Below, one piece after another: positions 59,918 through 64,000 of a stretch of 64,000 nucleotides of DNA. Numbering within the stretch: the stretch's first letter is position 1; every line of letters starts with the position of its first letter. The translations under genes were made by a program, and so were the position numbers. The notes beneath the pieces were generated by a model that saw nothing but the letters and a program-made list of their open reading frames with translations, ran no database searches and was not told where the DNA came from. This stretch comes from a virus: positions 1 through 64,000 of IMG/VR virus record IMGVR_UViG_3300044953_000352. One strand, 5' to 3'.

Positions 59918-60844
59918 TTAATTGTACTTAAATTTTTCTTGAAAGTGTTTAATAGCCAAATCTTTAGCCTTGAATTCCATCTCCAAATCAATTCGGTCAC
60001 TATTATTATATTCTTCAGGAAATTCAGTAACACAATCTGCATGAGCACGAGGATTTGTTCCATTTGGAATACTATCACTGAAATGAAACAATGGAACAAT
60101 ATCTTTTGGCCATGTACTCTTTGCCAATTCATATGCTTCATATTTAGTAAGATTACCTGAGTTGCACTTATTGTGCAAGTTATCATATGTTATAGGAATT
60201 CCAGTTTTTTGATAAACATAATCATATAGTTGCTGAACATTCCAACTATTTGGCTTGTCCTCGTTTTCAAGAACGAGCCTAGACTTAACATTATGTGGAA
60301 GAGAATTATATACGTCAATGAATCGTGAAGAAATATCTCGCAAATCTCCTCCCTTAAAACAATTCATATGAATATTAATAGGACTATTGTAGTCTTGACT
60401 GAGACCAAACATATCCATCATTTTGCCGTGCATAATAAGTTCCACTACACTTTTTTTGGCTACTTCAACATTTATACTTGCAGGAACAACAAATTGATCT
60501 GGATGGGTACTACAACGAATATTATATTGCTTAATAATAGCTGCTGCTTTATCAAATGCTTCTTTGATTCCTTTATAATTATATGCCGATTCAATAGACA
60601 AATTTGCTTTTGGCAAAGTTTCGAGTGGCATCATTCCACTACTAATACGATAGTTCCATCCATTTTTACCACACTGTTCCAACGTTTTTTGAACAACATA
60701 GATGTTATTTAGAGTTCTGTCAGCAACCAAAGTTTCTGCATACTTACGTTCAAGTTGCAGAAATCTCGTTTTTGTCATCGTAGAAGATTTAATGCCGTAA
60801 TCTTGAAGAGACAAACTGATACAACAAAGTCCTAGTTTTTTCAT
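59918..60844 (-). CDS. uvsE: UV-damage endonuclease
   Basis: LGLCCIS, YRISSG, STHPDQF, INIH, RLVLENED, PITYDNLH, PLFHFSD, RAHAD, EFKAKDLAI. Confidence 0.92.
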   Translation of the reverse strand: MKKLGLCCISLSLQDYGIKSSTMTKTRFLQLERKYAETLVADRTLNNIYVVQKTLEQCGKNGWNYRISSGMMPLETLPKANLSIESAYNYKGIKEAFDKAAAIIKQYNIRCSTHPDQFVVPASINVEVAKKSVVELIMHGKMMDMFGLSQDYNSPINIHMNCFKGGDLRDISSRFIDVYNSLPHNVKSRLVLENEDKPNSWNVQQLYDYVYQKTGIPITYDNLHNKCNSGNLTKYEAYELAKSTWPKDIVPLFHFSDSIPNGTNPRAHADCVTEFPEEYNNSDRIDLEMEFKAKDLAIKHFQEKFKYN

Positions 60845-60853
60845 TGGACAATT

Positions 60854-60882
60854 ACTGTACACCAGATGTTTTTATACGTCAA
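60854..60882 (-). promoter_or_regulatory. sigma70-like promoter for uvsE
   Basis: TTGACG-N17-TACAGT with TG extension; ATG 9 nt downstream. Confidence 0.55.
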
Positions 60883-61247
60883 GCGGAATAGTAACATGCA
60901 GGACATGCAACATCAAAAGGACAAATATATCCTAAAAACTTCCAAGTCTTTTGTTTCGAAGTTGAATTTTTAATCCAAGTAACTCGTTGATTGGTGCCCT
61001 GTGTTAATAACACTTTACGCGGTTCAACTATATATGGAAATAATGAAGATAAATTTATAAACTCACTATCATCATTGTTTCTGTATAAAATATCACTTCC
61101 ATTTTTTACCAAGACAATTCCTCTATCACCATCAAACAAATCATTTGGACTCAAATCTATATATTCATCGCTCGTTTGATTGCGAGATATCGTCGCTAAT
61201 CTATCCAAAAAAGTGGCGAATCTATTGTCTTTTATAAAATTTATCAT
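60879..61247 (-). CDS. hypothetical protein
   Basis: 122 aa; TATTTAT upstream; C-terminal CPFDVACPAC. Confidence 0.55.
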   Translation of the reverse strand: MINFIKDNRFATFLDRLATISRNQTSDEYIDLSPNDLFDGDRGIVLVKNGSDILYRNNDDSEFINLSSLFPYIVEPRKVLLTQGTNQRVTWIKNSTSKQKTWKFLGYICPFDVACPACYYSA

Positions 61248-61297
61248 GACATAATATAAATATATATTTATATTATAAAATTTCTATTTATTTGTAT

Positions 61298-61558
61298 ATG
61301 CAATATACATCTAAAATTGTTAATAAAACGTTTTATCTCTTGATTTTTCCCAGCAAAGTGTACATGTTATTTGATCAAGATATGAAAAAATTACCTTTGT
61401 TTATTGGAATTAATCGTCAAGGACTCATAAACGAATTGCGAAAAATAAGAGACGTTGCTACCAAAGAAACTAAACTAAAAGTATATACAATTGATAATGA
61501 TAATTTTAAATTAAATACACAACCTAATGAATTTAATTTGATAATACCAGCAAAATAA
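61298..61558 (+). CDS. hypothetical protein
   Basis: ATG at 61298 with TATTTAT 6 nt upstream. Confidence 0.55.
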   Translation: MQYTSKIVNKTFYLLIFPSKVYMLFDQDMKKLPLFIGINRQGLINELRKIRDVATKETKLKVYTIDNDNFKLNTQPNEFNLIIPAK

Positions 61559-61681
61559 TTATATTTTAACTAATAATTTTATTATTTTATAAATTTCTAC
61601 ATCATACATTTGAATATCAAATTCAAATGTCACTTCATTTATATCCAAATGAACCATTATTAATTCTTTGGTTTTAATATT

Positions 61682-61722
61682 AAAAATGCCGTAGATGGTA
61701 TTTAGTTTACCATCATACGGCA
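61682..61722 (-). terminator. intrinsic terminator
   Basis: TGCCGTAGATGGTA / TACCATCATACGGCA stem with one bulge, then a T run on the minus strand, downstream of 61750..62136. Confidence 0.75.
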
Positions 61723-61749
61723 CTTCCACACTTTTTTTTGGTGTTCTTT

Positions 61750-62136
61750 TTAGGCATTAACTATTGCTTGAGTTTGTTCAGTGATATTAGACTTAGATTC
61801 AACCGTCGAATCATTGTCTGCTACGGACACGCTGATAACAGCAACTGTATTGTACTGCTCATGAAGGTTGATTCCTGCGTTTCGAGCATTTTCAATCACA
61901 TTGGAAGAGACGGGCGTTAACGCATATGCCTTCTTGGGACGGCCCTTACCATTATGGATAGTACCGAGTTCAGCAATTACACCATTAGTTTCTGCATCCT
62001 TTACGTGAGTGCGCAAACTAATCACTGCGGTGTATTGAGGATTCTTACTGTGAATGGTTTCAATGGTAAAATGACCATTAATACCTGACCAATCAATGTT
62101 TAAATTGGTGTTGTTCTTACGATTCGTTTTTTTCAT
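61750..62136 (-). CDS. putative winged-helix DNA-binding protein
   Basis: FTIETI...ISLRTHVKDA..NGVIAELG...GKGRPKKAYA wing motif. Confidence 0.5.
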   Translation of the reverse strand: MKKTNRKNNTNLNIDWSGINGHFTIETIHSKNPQYTAVISLRTHVKDAETNGVIAELGTIHNGKGRPKKAYALTPVSSNVIENARNAGINLHEQYNTVAVISVSVADNDSTVESKSNITEQTQAIVNA

Positions 62137-62192
62137 ATTAATTATGTTAATTTTTAATTGTTAAGTTTCTGACTCTAGTCAGATTAGTACAT

Positions 62193-62221
62193 AGTCTATA
62201 ACAACATAGACTGTCTGTCAA
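62193..62221 (-). promoter_or_regulatory. sigma70-like promoter overlapped by an inverted repeat
   Basis: TTGACA-N17-TAGACT; AGTCTAT-N6-ATAGACT at 62193-62212. Confidence 0.65.
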
Positions 62222-62222
62222 T

Positions 62223-62252
62223 AAAAAAAGCATACCTTTTAAAGTATGCTTT
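62223..62252 (-). terminator. intrinsic terminator
   Basis: AAAGCATAC-N8-GTATGCTTT plus T run, after 62277..62933. Confidence 0.7.
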
Positions 62253-62276
62253 CTATACATATGTTAAATTTTAATG

Positions 62277-62933
62277 TTACTTTTTACCATTCTTTTTCCC
62301 CTTTAACTTGATTAAATGAGCCTTATCTTTTTTATCTTGTTTAGGATATTTATAATCTACTTTATTACCTTTAATATTATGATCTATTTGTTTGGTTATT
62401 TTTTCTACTTTTTTAAAAGGAGCGTTTGGTAAATCTTCTTCTTTTTTAACTGCATCTTCAACTTTTTCTTTTGTTTTTTGTGGACCTTCTTCTTTTCCTT
62501 CTACAGGTTTACTATTTTCAGCAGCTTTATTGTATTGTTGTTTTACGTAATTTAAATCTTTTGATTTTAATTTTTCAATAATATATTTCTTTGCATCTTC
62601 AAAAGACATTCCTAACTTATTTTCACGATCTGTGCTGTCTTTAATATAAGTTACATTAAATTTATCTTCGTACATATGTTTTAATTTAAACATATGAGGA
62701 GGACAATTACATACATTGTAAATTTTCGCATCATCTTGTGTTACTGTATAATCTTTATCAATTGACTTAACAGCAGAATCCAATTCACTCATTAATTCAT
62801 TGCATCCTTTTTTTGGGTCGCCTTCAGATTTTAGTTCTTGAATCGCTTCAATAACTAAAGAACGTAGCATCTTTTTTAATTTATATTCTTGAATTCCTTC
62901 AGAAATTAATTGTTTTAATCGATCTTTATTCAT
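62277..62933 (-). CDS. hypothetical charged protein, possibly head-associated
   Basis: Start MNKDRLKQLISEGIQE follows TATTTAT. Confidence 0.55.
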   Translation of the reverse strand: MNKDRLKQLISEGIQEYKLKKMLRSLVIEAIQELKSEGDPKKGCNELMSELDSAVKSIDKDYTVTQDDAKIYNVCNCPPHMFKLKHMYEDKFNVTYIKDSTDRENKLGMSFEDAKKYIIEKLKSKDLNYVKQQYNKAAENSKPVEGKEEGPQKTKEKVEDAVKKEEDLPNAPFKKVEKITKQIDHNIKGNKVDYKYPKQDKKDKAHLIKLKGKKNGKK

Positions 62934-62998
62934 ATGTACTCTATATAAATATATACAAAGTTCCACTTATTTCATTAAATTTAGTGATTTTAATAAAT

Positions 62999-63026
62999 AA
63001 AAAATCCCGGCGTAAATGCCGGGATT
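62999..63026 (-). terminator. intrinsic terminator after RNR
   Basis: AATCCCGGC-N6-GCCGGGATT followed by TTTT on the minus strand. Confidence 0.85.
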
Positions 63027-63046
63027 CTCATTTAATTTAGCTCTTT

Positions 63047-64000
63047 TTAGCGCATAGGACAATATCCATTCGCACATTCAAATCCTTGGATAACGTCTCC
63101 AGACTCAATTTGAACACTCATTAATGATTTGACCTTTTGTTTTGCTTTTAGATAAGTATCTTTATTAATTTCTTGATATGGAGCTTGCTTGAATCCATGT
63201 TTTTGTCTCAACAAAAAGCTAACGCTTTTCACATTGTCTTTATAGTTTTTCTTCAACCAATCCTTCAAACTATCTAATTCAGTTGGTTCATAATATGCTG
63301 TTACACTAACTGCATTATCACTCCATACTGATTGAAGCTTTTTAACCATGTCAAGTTGTTTAATAACATCCATTTCGTCTGCCAAAATTGCACCTTCTGG
63401 AGTTTCACATGGAAAATAAACCACAACAGTATCATGATTTTCAGTTCCATCAAAATTCAATAGAAACTCTGTATGATATCCCATATCTTTACACGTTTGA
63501 ACCAACTTATCACTGCTGCTCATACGAACAGTTCTCATATAATACTTGTTATATGCTGGATGAACACCCGGAGTAGCACCACCAAGTAAACTTAATGTTC
63601 CACTTGGTTTTACCGTTGTCAACTTGACGCTTTCTGGCCAATTATTTTCTTTGCTCCATTGCTTATCAAACTTACGAAGAGCAACATAGCAATCATCAAG
63701 CCAATCCAACTTATCAAGAGACTGACAAACGCCAGTAACCCCAAGGCCGAGGCGCATGTTTTTGTGTACAATTTTATTTGTTTCATCGTGTATAAACGGT
63801 AATGCAGCAATTGCTTTTTGAGTCTTATAAAGAAGTTTTGCACAATCAACTAATTCTTCTTTAGAAGAAATATTATTTAAATATAGTTCACATAAATTGC
63901 AACATTCATAATTGCTCAAACTAATTTCTCCACACGGATTTGTGCCGACAACATTATCAGTGTCAGTAGGATAAAGATTTGAATCTTTCATAAGACCATC
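63047..64000 (-). CDS. nrdJ: class II (adenosylcobalamin) ribonucleotide reductase, C-terminal part (5' end outside window)
   Basis: TNPCGEI, CNLCE, RLGLGVTG, TTVKPSGTLSLL, WSDNAVSVT, QAPYQEI, C-terminal CANGYCPMR. Confidence 0.88.
   Translation of the reverse strand, partial: DGLMKDSNLYPTDTDNVVGTNPCGEISLSNYECCNLCELYLNNISSKEELVDCAKLLYKTQKAIAALPFIHDETNKIVHKNMRLGLGVTGVCQSLDKLDWLDDCYVALRKFDKQWSKENNWPESVKLTTVKPSGTLSLLGGATPGVHPAYNKYYMRTVRMSSSDKLVQTCKDMGYHTEFLLNFDGTENHDTVVVYFPCETPEGAILADEMDVIKQLDMVKKLQSVWSDNAVSVTAYYEPTELDSLKDWLKKNYKDNVKSVSFLLRQKHGFKQAPYQEINKDTYLKAKQKVKSLMSVQIESGDVIQGFECANGYCPMR

Noticed and set aside
61559-61660. Possible 32 aa minus-strand ORF (MVHLDINEVTF...)
   Set aside because: Very short, lies past a terminator, no recognisable motif.
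61682-63046. Hairpins as possible tRNA or ncRNA
   Set aside because: Single stems with T tails directly after stop codons fit intrinsic terminators; no cloverleaf seen.
2814-63849. Many short antisense or nested track ORFs (e.g. 3793..4164, 7723..8079, 29131..29433, 53389..53838, 59869..60186)
   Set aside because: They overlap well-supported genes and show no motifs of their own.
1-64000. Genome-wide TGA or TAG reassignment
   Set aside because: Standard code gives dense full-length genes, and TGA ends polymerase, clamp loader and many ATGA-overlapped genes at natural positions.

Overview
AT-rich, gene-dense segment of a large T4-like (probably jumbo) dsDNA phage; no rRNA, tRNA or CRISPR array was seen. 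It holds: (i) replication and nucleotide genes (family B DNA polymerase, sliding clamp, both clamp-loader subunits, intein-containing SNF2-like helicase, Cas4/AddB-like nuclease, dUTPase, dNMP kinase, UvsE, class II RNR cut by the right edge); (ii) a small late/structural block at 7.2-14.5 kb; (iii) two glycan islands, a glycosyltransferase/methyltransferase cluster at 14.5-24 kb and a ~25 kb co-oriented nucleotide-sugar operon at 32.3-57.4 kb. The operon encodes RfbH, RmlB/C, a YerE-like TPP enzyme, two aldolase-fold proteins, an LdpA-like Fe-S protein, a B12 radical SAM enzyme, a minimal TPP E1 pair, an HddA-like kinase, a ColD-like enzyme and LhgO. The ORF track misses an IscU Fe-S scaffold gene at the left edge with an intein at a cluster-ligating Cys, two adjacent late genes (one holin-like) each broken by one in-frame TGA, several accessory genes broken by 1-nt indels, and a recurrent TATTTAT motif just upstream of start codons. 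All protein calls come from motif recognition by eye; no database search was run.
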